From NCBI RefSeq assembly GCF_056746865.1, contig NZ_CM163382.1: DNA of 64,000 bases, one strand, 5' to 3'. Positions 28,982-39,997 of the stretch are shown in pieces. Position 1 is the first letter of the stretch; each line of letters opens with the position of its first letter. Below the pieces are notes generated by a model. It saw nothing but the letters and a program-made list of their open reading frames with translations. It was not told the origin of the DNA and did not search any database. The position numbers were made by a program, and so were the translations under genes.

Positions 28982-30922
28982 TTAAACCGAGTATCTTTGT
29001 GAATATTTTTTCACGTTAGTATCAAGTGGCTGTGAGGACGCGAAAAAATCCCCTTGCCCACCTGTAACACCGCGCTGAATCAGGGTCTGCCACTCGCTTC
29101 GCGAACGCACGCCGGTGGCGTAAACCTGGGTGCTGGTCCCGGAGCAGGCTTCCACCAGGCTTTGAACCAGCAGCTGGTTCTCCGTTCGCTTCTCAATGTT
29201 TCTGACCAGCCCCGGATGGAGCTTGAGTAACTCAACATTAAGTTCTTTGATCCAACTGGTGCTTACCAGCGTCAAACCAGCCTGGTTGACGGCTACCCGT
29301 ACCCCTAAAGCATTCACTAAACGAATAACAGGTTGTAAGCGACTGATATGTTGACCTACATCGGCCTCTGCAAGTTCAATAATTATGCGTTTTCGTTGCG
29401 ATCTTTCACATTGCATTAACGTATCTCGCAGCCAACGCTGAAAACGCGGGCGAATCAGCGACTCAACAGTAACCTGAATCGCCAGATTTTCCTCAGGCCA
29501 GTAACGCAATAGTGGAATAAGACGGCTGATTTGCAGGCGGTCATACTCTTCCGATAAGCCAAACTGCAAGACCATCGGCATATACTCCGCCGAGCTAACC
29601 TCTTCATTACCATCGAAGATGCGGCACATGAGTTCGCGATGATGAACCTGACCTTCGCGAGTAACCGCCGGTTTTTGATAAAGGCGCGGGCCGCCGCGAC
29701 TCAGCATTTGCTCGATAAGCGTACGCCAGCGAACATTACCGCGTCCTTTTTCAGGCAACGAGTCATCGTAAATAGCCCAGCTATTGCCGCCCTGCAATCC
29801 CGCATTACGCGTGGCAGACTCTGCATGTTCCATTACCTGCTCGGTATCCTGACCACTACGCCAGGCGCAGATACCAATGTGGATCATATCGTCGCGATCG
29901 AGCATTTTATTGTTCGGCAAGGTATCGACGGCTTTGATTAACTGACCGGCGATGCTCTCTGCCTCTTTTAACGTCCGGTGCGGTAACAGCGCAGCAAAAT
30001 CACTGCGGTGGTAACGCGCCAGCAGTGCGCCAGGGTAGCGCATCATAAATGTCGATAGCAGATTCGTCAGAGAGAAGAACTGTTCTTCAACCTGGCTGTG
30101 CCCCCAGGTATCACTCAACATATTGAAATCCGGCAGACGAATCATCATCACGATCCCGTGGGTACCTACTTTCTCCTGATCTTCCAGTAACGTTGCTAAC
30201 TGATTATCGAAGAAGAGTCGGTTATTGAGGCCGGTTTTCATGTCCTGGGCGGCATAAGAGCGGATCAGCGTATCAAGACGGCTGTGTTGTTCGCGTGCGT
30301 TCTGAATTTCACGAAGCAGCGTATCCAGCGCACTGCTGGTTCTGGGCGGCCATTCATAGATGGTTCCCAAAACATTAGAGCCACGCTCACCGTTTAAGAT
30401 ACGAGTAGCCCGGGTTTCCAGCAATTCTTGCCCGGCAAGTTGCCGTTGTAACCAGCGTACCGCCAGAAAGAGCATAAGAATGATAAAGCCAATCGCCCCC
30501 GTGAGCGGCGCGGTGGTCATCAACGAATGGAAATAGTTGCCCATCGGATCCTGATAAACCAGACGCAGCGACATCCCCGGATGCTTTATCAACGGAACGC
30601 TCAGTTCGCGAAACAGATCGCTGGTGCCAACCGGACGATAACTTCCATTTCTGGCCAGGGTATATACCTGTTTATCACCATGCAGCAGGTCTACACGAAC
30701 GATATCTGCCGACATCATTAATTCGGTAATTTGTGGCCTTAATGCGCTGAAGTCATTCGACACAAGGTGGGTATCAATTGCCGTCGCCACCGCCTGAACG
30801 CGATGACTAAACTTATACTGAATGGCATTGTAGAAACTTAGCGAACAGCCCAGCAAAGTCACAAAAATTGTTAACCCGGTGAGCAGCGTAACAAAGGCCG
30901 AAAATTTCGTCGTTAATCTCAT
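28982..30922 (-). CDS. csrD: CsrD, degenerate GGDEF-EAL protein that targets CsrB/CsrC for RNase E
   Basis: 646-aa ORF MRLTTKFSAFVTLLTGLTIFVTLLGCSLSFYNAIQYKFSHRVQ... Confidence 0.94.
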   Translation of the reverse strand: MRLTTKFSAFVTLLTGLTIFVTLLGCSLSFYNAIQYKFSHRVQAVATAIDTHLVSNDFSALRPQITELMMSADIVRVDLLHGDKQVYTLARNGSYRPVGTSDLFRELSVPLIKHPGMSLRLVYQDPMGNYFHSLMTTAPLTGAIGFIILMLFLAVRWLQRQLAGQELLETRATRILNGERGSNVLGTIYEWPPRTSSALDTLLREIQNAREQHSRLDTLIRSYAAQDMKTGLNNRLFFDNQLATLLEDQEKVGTHGIVMMIRLPDFNMLSDTWGHSQVEEQFFSLTNLLSTFMMRYPGALLARYHRSDFAALLPHRTLKEAESIAGQLIKAVDTLPNNKMLDRDDMIHIGICAWRSGQDTEQVMEHAESATRNAGLQGGNSWAIYDDSLPEKGRGNVRWRTLIEQMLSRGGPRLYQKPAVTREGQVHHRELMCRIFDGNEEVSSAEYMPMVLQFGLSEEYDRLQISRLIPLLRYWPEENLAIQVTVESLIRPRFQRWLRDTLMQCERSQRKRIIIELAEADVGQHISRLQPVIRLVNALGVRVAVNQAGLTLVSTSWIKELNVELLKLHPGLVRNIEKRTENQLLVQSLVEACSGTSTQVYATGVRSRSEWQTLIQRGVTGGQGDFFASSQPLDTNVKKYSQRYSV

Positions 30923-31073
30923 CCTTGTGTTAACTCCGATAGTGAGGAAGCGGGCATACTAGCAAATCAGATTTATCTCGCAATTTATTGCGCTTCATCG
31001 GCTTTGCTTTTCCATTAGCGAGTATAGTCTTCAGAAATTATTTTCCAATCCATCATGCACATGAGGACCACTT

Positions 31074-32048
31074 ATGCAGGCGTTACTTTTAGAACAGCAG
31101 GACGGCAAAACTCTCGCATCGGTACAGACTCTGGACGAAAGTCGCCTGCCGGAGGGCGATGTCACGGTTGATGTTCACTGGTCGAGCCTGAACTACAAAG
31201 ATGCGCTGGCAATTACCGGTAAGGGAAAAATCATCCGTAATTTTCCGATGATTCCTGGGATCGATTTTGCCGGAACTGTACGCACCAGCGAAGATCCGCG
31301 TTTTCATGCCGGTCAGGAGGTATTACTCACTGGCTGGGGCGTTGGTGAAAACCACTGGGGTGGGCTGGCGGAGCAGGCGCGAGTGAAAGGTGACTGGCTG
31401 GTTGCCATGCCGCAAGGGCTGGACGCGCGTAAAGCAATGATTATCGGTACTGCCGGTTTTACCGCCATGCTGTGTGTGATGGCGCTGGAAGATGCCGGTG
31501 TTCGCCCGCAGGACGGCGAGATTGTCGTAACGGGTGCCAGTGGTGGCGTCGGCAGTACCGCCGTGGCGCTGCTGCATAAGTTGGGTTATCAGGTCGTTGC
31601 CGTTTCTGGTCGCGAAAGTACCCATGAATATCTGAAAAGTTTAGGAGCCAGCCGTATTCTCTCTCGCGATGAGTTTGCCGAATCCCGTCCTCTGGAAAAA
31701 CAACTCTGGGCTGGGGCAATTGACACCGTTGGCGACAAAGTGCTGGCGAAAGTGCTAGCGCAAATGAATTACGGCGGCTGCGTGGCGGCCTGTGGTCTGG
31801 CGGGTGGTTTTACTCTGCCAACCACGGTCATGCCATTTATTCTGCGTAATGTCCGTTTACAGGGGGTGGATTCAGTGATGACGCCACCAGCACGCCGCGC
31901 ACAAGCCTGGCAGCGACTGGTCGCCGATTTACCGGAATCATTCTATACCCAGGCGGCAAAAGAGATATCTCTGGCAGAGGCACCGAAGTTTGCCGAGGCC
32001 ATCATTAATAACCAGATCCAGGGTCGCACGCTGGTGAAGGTTAACTAA
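31074..32048 (+). CDS. acuI: AcuI (YhdH), NADPH-dependent acrylyl-CoA reductase, MDR family
   Basis: 324-aa ORF MQALLLEQQDGKTLASVQTLDESRLPEGDVTVDVHWSSLNYKDALAITGKG... Confidence 0.93.
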   Translation: MQALLLEQQDGKTLASVQTLDESRLPEGDVTVDVHWSSLNYKDALAITGKGKIIRNFPMIPGIDFAGTVRTSEDPRFHAGQEVLLTGWGVGENHWGGLAEQARVKGDWLVAMPQGLDARKAMIIGTAGFTAMLCVMALEDAGVRPQDGEIVVTGASGGVGSTAVALLHKLGYQVVAVSGRESTHEYLKSLGASRILSRDEFAESRPLEKQLWAGAIDTVGDKVLAKVLAQMNYGGCVAACGLAGGFTLPTTVMPFILRNVRLQGVDSVMTPPARRAQAWQRLVADLPESFYTQAAKEISLAEAPKFAEAIINNQIQGRTLVKVN

Positions 32049-32084
32049 CCATTTAGCAAGGATTAATAAGAGAGGGAACTCATT

Positions 32085-32915
32085 TTGAAATCATTATTCA
32101 ATCGGTTAACGGGAAAAGCGGTTAGCCGGACAGCTTTCGTCGAACATCTTGGTCATGAAGTTGTACAACATCATCCAAACTGGAAAGTCATGATTTCGAC
32201 TGACCACAAATTGATGCGCATTGATACGGGTCACCAAACTGTGGAAATCACCCTTGATGATGCTTACAAACGTTATCAAGCCGCACCAGACCCGCTGGAA
32301 GAAGTGGCTGCAGATATGCTGAAACAGCTTGCAGAAATGCTGCCGACCGGGCGCTGTATTGTCCCGGTGATTAAAGAAAAAGCCTGGCTGGATACCGTTC
32401 GCCAACAGCTTAGCCAGTATGAGTCTGATCCAGAGGTCCTCAACGCCTCGCTTGATTTTGCCTGGGAAGACTTTAACGATGAGTTAATTATCCTGTTTGC
32501 TGAAGACGGTAGCGAAACCATGCGCTATCTGATGCGCTGCGAAGTGACCATTGACCGCGAACAAGCCATCAGTAATTTGAAGCAAATATTGCCGGAAGTT
32601 ACGGCTGAAATCGTTGATACAGGCGCAAACGATGGAAAAGTTGCCGTTATCTCCGCAGGGGGTACTTATGAGCCCAGTCTGATGCTCATTGACGATCTTT
32701 GGGTGCAATCACCCGATCCTGAATGCGGCGACCTGTTAGTGACCGTTCCCTCCAGAGGAAAACTGTTTTTCACCCACAATGATCAGCCAGCAAATCTCAG
32801 CGCATTACGACAGTTAACAGAACAATGCTTCCGTGAGGATGACCATCCTCTGACAACACAGATATTCATCCGCCGTAACGGTCACTTTTATCCCTGGGTA
32901 GAAACCTTGCATTAA
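32085..32915 (+). CDS. Hypothetical protein, 276 aa, function unknown
   Basis: TTG start with GAGGG 8 nt upstream, 831-nt open frame, own intrinsic terminator downstream, host-like composition. No catalytic or nucleotide-binding motif recognised. Confidence 0.65.
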   Translation: MKSLFNRLTGKAVSRTAFVEHLGHEVVQHHPNWKVMISTDHKLMRIDTGHQTVEITLDDAYKRYQAAPDPLEEVAADMLKQLAEMLPTGRCIVPVIKEKAWLDTVRQQLSQYESDPEVLNASLDFAWEDFNDELIILFAEDGSETMRYLMRCEVTIDREQAISNLKQILPEVTAEIVDTGANDGKVAVISAGGTYEPSLMLIDDLWVQSPDPECGDLLVTVPSRGKLFFTHNDQPANLSALRQLTEQCFREDDHPLTTQIFIRRNGHFYPWVETLH

Positions 32916-32978
32916 CGCAACCTCCGTCATGCTTGAAAAAGCTTGTCGGAGTATGTGATGAATGCTGCAAACTCACCG

Positions 32979-33011
32979 AAGCCGATTTTGCTACTAAATC
33001 GGCTTTTTTAT
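32979..33011 (+). terminator. Intrinsic terminator after the unassigned ORF
   Basis: AAGCCGATTTTGCTACTAAATCGGCTT followed by TTTTTATT. Confidence 0.7.
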
Positions 33012-33475
33012 TGTCACGCGGCAAATTCTGAATGCATCACATAGCCGCACTGCCGCCTGACAAAACAGTTTACCTTCTGCAAAATGGGGGGAATAATCTG
33101 ATTTTATTTGATTACAAATTAACCACTTAAACCTATTTCATGCAGAGCATTGTCAGGCGGTTGATTTTGCGTGCTTTAGCATTCACGTTTATCCAGACGA
33201 TGAAGTGAAAATTGCGTAATCCTCAGCAACCGCTGCGTAATGTCGTCTATCTTGTCGCGATCCTGGCATCCCTACATTATTTGTGGTCTGTGAAGATTAT
33301 CTCATTGCAGCCCCTCATCTTCGCAGGGCTGGCTTTACAGCTTTTAGCCTTACGTTATAAGAAGTTCCGTCGATGATGGCGCTAATTTCGTGAATTGTGC
33401 GGCTTGTTGCAAATTACACGGTGTTGAAGGTTATTTACATGTTAGCTGTTGATTATCTTCCCTGATAAGACCAGT

Positions 33476-33510
33476 ATTTAGCTGCCAATTGCTACGAAAT
33501 CGTTATAATG
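33476..33510 (+). promoter_or_regulatory. Probable accBC promoter (-10 TATAAT at 33504-33509), long 5' leader
   Basis: TTGCTACGAAATCGTTATAATGTGCGACC read about 275 bp upstream of accB; exact -35 uncertain because TTGCTA spacing is too short. Confidence 0.5.
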
Positions 33511-33780
33511 TGCGACCTCGTCCTCCCTGACGCAGTTTTTGCGCTGCGGAAAAGGTGACATTGGCGCAACGAAGGTATATTTTGTTTTTTGCCGGAGGAT
33601 AGCAGCAGATCGCTGCACAATGTCCGTCAAGTCTAACATTGACACTCTGGGGCAAAATAGACCGGCGTCCCGGCCTGCTGGAATTTATCGCTATGCATAC
33701 AGCTGTCGGGGCATACGCTTTACAGACGGCGGTGAAACGCCTGTCACAATCACACTAAACAAAGAGTACGGAACCCACTC

Positions 33781-34251
33781 ATGGATATTCGTAAGATTAA
33801 AAAACTGATCGAGCTGGTTGAAGAATCAGGCATCTCCGAACTGGAAATCTCCGAAGGCGAAGAGTCAGTACGCATCAGCCGTGCAGCTCCTGCCGCAAGT
33901 TTCCCTGTGATGCAACAAGCTTACGCTGCACCAATGATGCAGCAGCCAGCTCAATCTAACGCAGCCGCTCCGGCGACCGTTCCTTCCATGGAAGCGCCAG
34001 CAGCAGCGGAAATCAGTGGTCACATCGTACGTTCCCCGATGGTTGGTACTTTCTACCGCACCCCAAGCCCGGACGCGAAAGCGTTCATCGAAGTGGGTCA
34101 GAAAGTCAACGTGGGCGATACCCTGTGCATCGTTGAAGCCATGAAAATGATGAACCAGATCGAAGCGGACAAATCCGGTACCGTGAAAGCAATTCTGGTC
34201 GAAAGTGGACAACCGGTAGAATTTGACGAGCCGCTGGTCGTCATCGAGTAA
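33781..34251 (+). CDS. accB: Biotin carboxyl carrier protein of acetyl-CoA carboxylase
   Basis: 156-aa [37 protein letters not shown]... with biotinylation motif [10 protein letters not shown]. Confidence 0.97.
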
Positions 34252-34261
34252 CGAGGCGAAC

Positions 34262-35611
34262 ATGCTGGATAAAATTGTTATTGCCAACCGCGGCGAGATT
34301 GCATTGCGTATTCTTCGTGCCTGTAAAGAACTGGGCATCAAGACTGTCGCTGTACACTCCAGCGCGGATCGCGATCTAAAACACGTATTACTGGCAGATG
34401 AAACGGTCTGTATCGGCCCTGCTCCGTCAGTAAAAAGTTATCTGAACATCCCGGCAATCATCAGCGCCGCTGAAATCACCGGCGCAGTAGCAATCCATCC
34501 GGGTTACGGCTTCCTCTCCGAGAACGCCAACTTTGCCGAGCAGGTTGAGCGCTCCGGCTTTATCTTCATTGGCCCGAAAGCAGAAACCATTCGCCTGATG
34601 GGCGACAAAGTATCCGCAATCGCGGCGATGAAAAAAGCGGGCGTTCCTTGCGTACCGGGTTCTGACGGCCCGCTGGGCGACGATATGGATAAAAACCGCG
34701 CCATTGCTAAACGCATTGGTTATCCGGTGATTATCAAAGCCTCCGGCGGCGGCGGCGGTCGCGGTATGCGCGTAGTGCGCGGCGACGCTGAACTGGCACA
34801 ATCCATCTCCATGACCCGTGCGGAAGCGAAAGCTGCTTTCAGCAACGATATGGTTTACATGGAGAAATACCTGGAAAATCCTCGCCACGTCGAGATTCAG
34901 GTACTGGCTGACGGTCAGGGCAACGCTATCTATCTGGCGGAACGTGACTGCTCCATGCAGCGCCGCCACCAGAAAGTGGTCGAAGAAGCACCAGCACCGG
35001 GCATTACCCCGGAACTGCGTCGCTACATCGGCGAACGTTGCGCTAAAGCGTGTGTTGATATCGGCTATCGCGGTGCAGGTACTTTCGAGTTCCTGTTCGA
35101 AAACGGCGAGTTCTATTTCATCGAAATGAACACCCGTATTCAGGTAGAACATCCGGTTACCGAAATGATCACCGGCGTTGACCTGATCAAAGAACAGCTG
35201 CGTATCGCTGCCGGTCAACCGCTGTCGATCAAGCAAGAAGAAGTTCACGTTCGCGGCCATGCGGTGGAATGTCGTATCAACGCCGAAGATCCGAACACCT
35301 TCCTGCCAAGTCCGGGCAAAATCACCCGTTTCCACGCACCTGGCGGTTTTGGCGTACGTTGGGAGTCTCATATCTACGCGGGCTACACCGTACCGCCGTA
35401 CTATGACTCAATGATCGGTAAGCTGATTTGCTACGGTGAAAACCGTGACGTGGCGATTGCCCGCATGAAGAATGCGCTGCAGGAGCTGATCATCGACGGT
35501 ATCAAAACCAACGTTGATCTGCAGATCCGCATCATGAATGACGAGAACTTCCAGCATGGTGGTACTAATATCCACTATCTGGAGAAAAAACTCGGTCTTC
35601 AGGAAAAATAA
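34262..35611 (+). CDS. accC: Biotin carboxylase
   Basis: 449-aa product [42 protein letters not shown]...; the track ORF is extended 5'. Confidence 0.97.
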
Positions 35612-35626
35612 GACTGCAAAAGCGTC

Positions 35627-35655
35627 AAAAGGCCGGATTTTCCGGCCTTTTTTAT
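35627..35655 (+). terminator. Intrinsic terminator after accC
   Basis: AAAAGGCCGGATTTTCCGGCCTTTTTTATT. Confidence 0.75.
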
Positions 35656-35719
35656 TACTGGGGATCGACAACCCCCATAAGGTACAATCCCCGCTTTCTT
35701 CACCCATCAGGGACAAAAA

Positions 35720-35962
35720 ATGGACACTCGTTTTGTTCAGGCCCATAAAGAGGCGCGCTGGGCGCTGGGGCTGACCCTTTTGTATCTGGCGGTATGGTTA
35801 GTAGCCGCTTACTTACCTGGCGTTGCCCCCGGTTTTACCGGCTTTCCGCGCTGGTTTGAGATGGCCTGCATCCTGACGCCGCTGCTGTTTATTGGACTGT
35901 GCTGGGCGATGGTGAAATTTATCTATCGCGATATCCCACTGGAGGATGACGATGCAGCTTGA
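35720..35962 (+). CDS. yhdT: YhdT small membrane protein (DUF997)
   Basis: 80-aa ORF MDTRFVQAHKEARWALGLTLLYLAVWLVAAYLPG...; overlaps the panF start. Confidence 0.88.
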   Translation: MDTRFVQAHKEARWALGLTLLYLAVWLVAAYLPGVAPGFTGFPRWFEMACILTPLLFIGLCWAMVKFIYRDIPLEDDDAA

Positions 35963-37403
35963 AGTGATTCTACCGCTGGTCGCCTATCTGGTGGTGGTGT
36001 TCGGTATCTCTGTTTATGCGATGCGTAAACGGAGCACCGGCACCTTCCTTAATGAGTATTTCCTCGGCAGCCGCTCTATGGGCGGTATTGTGCTGGCGAT
36101 GACGCTCACCGCGACCTATATCAGTGCCAGTTCGTTTATCGGCGGGCCTGGCGCTGCTTATAAATACGGCCTGGGTTGGGTATTGCTGGCGATGATTCAG
36201 CTTCCTGCGGTCTGGCTTTCGCTCGGTATTCTCGGCAAGAAGTTCGCGATTCTTGCGCGCCGCTACAATGCGGTGACGCTGAACGATATGCTATTTGCCC
36301 GCTACCAGAGTCGTCTGCTGGTGTGGCTGGCGAGTTTAAGTTTGCTGGTTGCGTTCGTTGGTGCGATGACCGTGCAGTTTATCGGCGGTGCGCGTCTGCT
36401 GGAAACCGCGGCGGGTATCCCTTATGAAACAGGTTTGCTGATTTTTGGCATCAGCATTGCGCTCTACACCGCCTTCGGCGGCTTTCGCGCCAGCGTGCTG
36501 AACGACACCATGCAAGGGCTGGTGATGCTGATTGGCACCATTGTGCTGCTTATTGGCGTGGTACATGCCGCAGGTGGCTTAAGCAACGCAGTAGAGACGT
36601 TGCAAACCATCGATCCGCAACTGGTTACGCCACAAGGCGCTGACGATATTCTGTCGCCTGCCTTTATGACGTCGTTCTGGGTGCTGGTGTGTTTTGGCGT
36701 GATTGGCCTGCCGCATACTGCGGTGCGCTGTATCTCTTATAAAGACAGCAAAGCCGTACATCGGGGGATCATCATCGGTACGATTGTGGTCGCAATCCTG
36801 ATGTTCGGTATGCACCTGGCCGGAGCGTTAGGTCGGGCGGTGATCCCCGATCTCACCGTACCGGACCTGGTGATCCCGACGTTAATGGTAAAAGTGTTGC
36901 CACCGTTTGCTGCCGGGATCTTCCTGGCTGCACCTATGGCTGCGATCATGTCGACGATCAATGCCCAGTTGCTGCAAAGTTCCGCTACGATCATTAAAGA
37001 TCTCTATTTGAATATCCGTCCGGATCAAATGCAAAACGAGACGCGTCTGAAGCGGATGTCGGCGGTAATTACGTTAGTTCTCGGTGCGTTGCTGCTGCTT
37101 GCCGCCTGGAAGCCGCCAGAAATGATCATCTGGCTGAATTTGCTGGCCTTCGGTGGGCTGGAAGCCGTTTTCCTGTGGCCGCTGGTACTGGGTCTTTACT
37201 GGGAACGCGCCAACGCCAAAGGCGCGCTAAGTGCGATGATTGTTGGCGGCGTACTGTATGCCGTACTCGCGACGCTGAATATTCAGTACCTGGGCTTCCA
37301 CCCTATCGTGCCCTCGTTACTACTAAGTTTGCTGGCTTTCCTGGTCGGAAACCGTTTCGGTACATCCGTCCCGCAAGCTACCGTTTTGACTACTGATAAA
37401 TAA
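35952..37403 (+). CDS. panF: PanF sodium/pantothenate symporter
   Basis: 483-aa product [45 protein letters not shown]... Confidence 0.95.
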
Positions 37404-37414
37404 AGAGTTTTGCC

Positions 37415-38296
37415 ATGCCTTGGATCCAACTGAAACTGAACACTACCGGCGCGAACGCGGAAGATCTTAGCGATGCGCTGATGGAAGCGGGTGCCGTTTC
37501 TATCACTTTTCAGGATACCCACGATACGCCTGTATTTGAGCCGCTGCCGGGCGAAACGCGCCTGTGGGGCGATACCGATGTGATTGGTCTGTTCGACGCT
37601 GAAACCGATATGAACGACGTGGTGGCGATTCTGGAAAACCATCCGCTGCTCGGCGCGGGCTTCGCGCATAAAATCGAACAACTGGAAGATAAAGACTGGG
37701 AGCGCGAATGGATGGATAATTTCCACCCGATGCGCTTTGGTGAACGACTGTGGATCTGCCCAAGCTGGCGTGATGTGCCGGACGAAAACGCCGTCAACGT
37801 GATGTTAGATCCAGGGCTGGCGTTTGGTACGGGTACCCATCCAACTACCTCTCTGTGCCTGCAATGGCTCGACAGCCTCGATTTAACCGGTAAAACAGTC
37901 ATCGACTTTGGCTGCGGTTCCGGCATTCTGGCTATCGCGGCGCTGAAACTGGGTGCAGCAAAAGCCATTGGTATTGATATTGATCCGCAGGCGATTCAGG
38001 CCAGCCGCGACAACGCGGAACGTAATGGCGTCTCTGACCGTCTGGAACTCTACTTACCGAAAGATCAGCCAGAAGAAATGAAAGCCGACGTGGTGGTCGC
38101 TAACATCCTTGCAGGCCCATTACGTGAACTGGCACCGTTAATCAGCGTCCTGCCAGTTTCAGGCGGTTTGCTGGGCCTTTCCGGTATTCTGGCAAGCCAG
38201 GCAGAGAGCGTTTGCGAAGCTTATGCCGACAGCTTCGCTCTGGACCCGGTCGTGGAAAAAGAAGAGTGGTGCCGCATTACCGGTCGTAAGAATTAA
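37415..38296 (+). CDS. prmA: PrmA, ribosomal protein L11 methyltransferase
   Basis: 293-aa [37 protein letters not shown]... with SAM-binding DFGCGSGIL. Confidence 0.95.
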
Positions 38297-38554
38297 CCTT
38301 CGCATCGCCGTAGGGTGACGCAGAGCGAAGTGCGAGCGATGTCACAAAAGGCACGTTAATTTGCCGATTATTTACGCAAATTTGCGTGCCAAAATTTTCA
38401 TTCATAAAGAAAAATTGAGAACTTACTCAAATTTCTTTGAGTGTAAATTTTAGTCACTATTTTCTAATATGATGATTTTTATGAGTAATTATCGCGCTAC
38501 GCTCATTTTAAATGCAATTCTTTGATCCATCTCAGAGGATTGGTCAAAGTTTGG

Positions 38555-38592
38555 CCTTTCATCTCGTGCAAAAAATGCGTAATATACGCCGC
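38555..38592 (+). promoter_or_regulatory. dusB-fis operon promoter (-10 TAATAT, GC-rich discriminator)
   Basis: TTCATCTCGTGCAAAAAATGCGTAATATACGCCGCC read directly; matches the known fis promoter. Confidence 0.6.
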
Positions 38593-38624
38593 CTTGCAGT
38601 CACAGTATGGTCATTTCTTAACTC

Positions 38625-39590
38625 ATGCGCATCGGACAATATCAGCTCAGAAATCGCCTGATCGCAGCGCCCATGGCTGGCATTACAGACAGACCTTTTC
38701 GGACGTTGTGCTACGAGATGGGAGCCGGATTGACAGTATCCGAGATGATGTCTTCTAACCCTCAGGTTTGGGAAAGCGACAAATCTCGTTTACGGATGGT
38801 GCACATTGATGAACCCGGTATTCGCACCGTGCAAATTGCTGGTAGCGATCCGAAAGAAATGGCAGATGCAGCACGTATTAACGTGGAAAGCGGTGCCCAG
38901 ATTATTGATATCAATATGGGTTGCCCGGCTAAAAAAGTGAATCGCAAGCTCGCAGGTTCAGCCCTCTTGCAGTACCCGGATGTCGTTAAATCGATCCTTA
39001 CCGAGGTCGTCAATGCAGTGGACGTTCCTGTTACCCTGAAAATTCGCACTGGCTGGGCACCGGAACACCGTAACTGCGAAGAGATTGCCCAACTGGCTGA
39101 AGACTGTGGCATTCAGGCTCTGACCATTCATGGCCGTACACGCGCCTGTTTGTTCAATGGAGAAGCTGAGTACGACAGTATTCGGGCAGTTAAGCAGAAA
39201 GTTTCCATTCCGGTTATCGCGAATGGCGACATTACTGACCCGCTTAAAGCCAGAGCTGTGCTCGACTATACAGGGGCGGATGCCTTGATGATAGGCCGCG
39301 CAGCTCAGGGAAGACCCTGGATCTTTCGGGAAATCCAGCATTATCTGGACACTGGGGAGTTGCTGCCCCCGCTGCCTTTGGCAGAGGTTAAGCGCTTGCT
39401 TTGCGCGCACGTTCGGGAACTGCATGACTTTTATGGTCCGGCAAAAGGGTACCGAATTGCACGTAAACACGTTTCCTGGTATCTCCAGGAACACGCTCCA
39501 AATGACCAGTTTCGGCGCACATTCAACGCCATTGAGGATGCCAGCGAACAGCTGGAGGCGTTGGAGGCATACTTCGAAAATTTTGCGTAA
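38625..39590 (+). CDS. dusB: tRNA-dihydrouridine synthase B
   Basis: 321-aa [45 protein letters not shown]... Confidence 0.95.
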   Translation: MRIGQYQLRNRLIAAPMAGITDRPFRTLCYEMGAGLTVSEMMSSNPQVWESDKSRLRMVHIDEPGIRTVQIAGSDPKEMADAARINVESGAQIIDINMGCPAKKVNRKLAGSALLQYPDVVKSILTEVVNAVDVPVTLKIRTGWAPEHRNCEEIAQLAEDCGIQALTIHGRTRACLFNGEAEYDSIRAVKQKVSIPVIANGDITDPLKARAVLDYTGADALMIGRAAQGRPWIFREIQHYLDTGELLPPLPLAEVKRLLCAHVRELHDFYGPAKGYRIARKHVSWYLQEHAPNDQFRRTFNAIEDASEQLEALEAYFENFA

Positions 39591-39615
39591 ACAGAAATAA
39601 AGAGCTGACAGAACT

Positions 39616-39912
39616 ATGTTCGAACAACGCGTAAATTCTGACGTACTGACCGTTTCTACCGTTAACTCTCAGGATCAGGTAACCCAAAAACCCCTGCGTG
39701 ACTCGGTTAAACAGGCACTGAAGAACTATTTTGCTCAACTGAACGGTCAGGATGTGAATGACCTCTATGAGCTGGTACTGGCTGAAGTAGAACAGCCCCT
39801 GTTGGACATGGTGATGCAATACACCCGTGGTAACCAGACCCGTGCTGCGCTGATGATGGGCATCAACCGTGGTACGCTGCGTAAAAAATTGAAAAAATAC
39901 GGCATGAACTAA
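39616..39912 (+). CDS. fis: Fis nucleoid-associated protein
   Basis: 98-aa [48 protein letters not shown]...[13 protein letters not shown]. Confidence 0.97.
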
Positions 39913-39935
39913 TTCAGGTTAGCTAAATGCTTGAT

Positions 39936-39975
39936 TAAAAAGGCGCTACTCGGCATGGGGAAGCGCCTTTTTTAT
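39936..39975 (+). terminator. Intrinsic terminator after fis
   Basis: AAAAAGGCGCTACTCGGCATGGGGAAGCGCCTTTTTTAT. Confidence 0.75.
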
Positions 39976-39997
39976 AGGTGTCACAAAGGGAGTGACC

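Noticed and set aside
34427-35371. 314-aa ORF antisense to accC (and 33865-34341 antisense to accB)
   Set aside because: Embedded in essential, highly conserved acc genes; reverse-frame artefacts.
37510-37968. 152-aa ORF antisense to prmA
   Set aside because: Embedded antisense frame.
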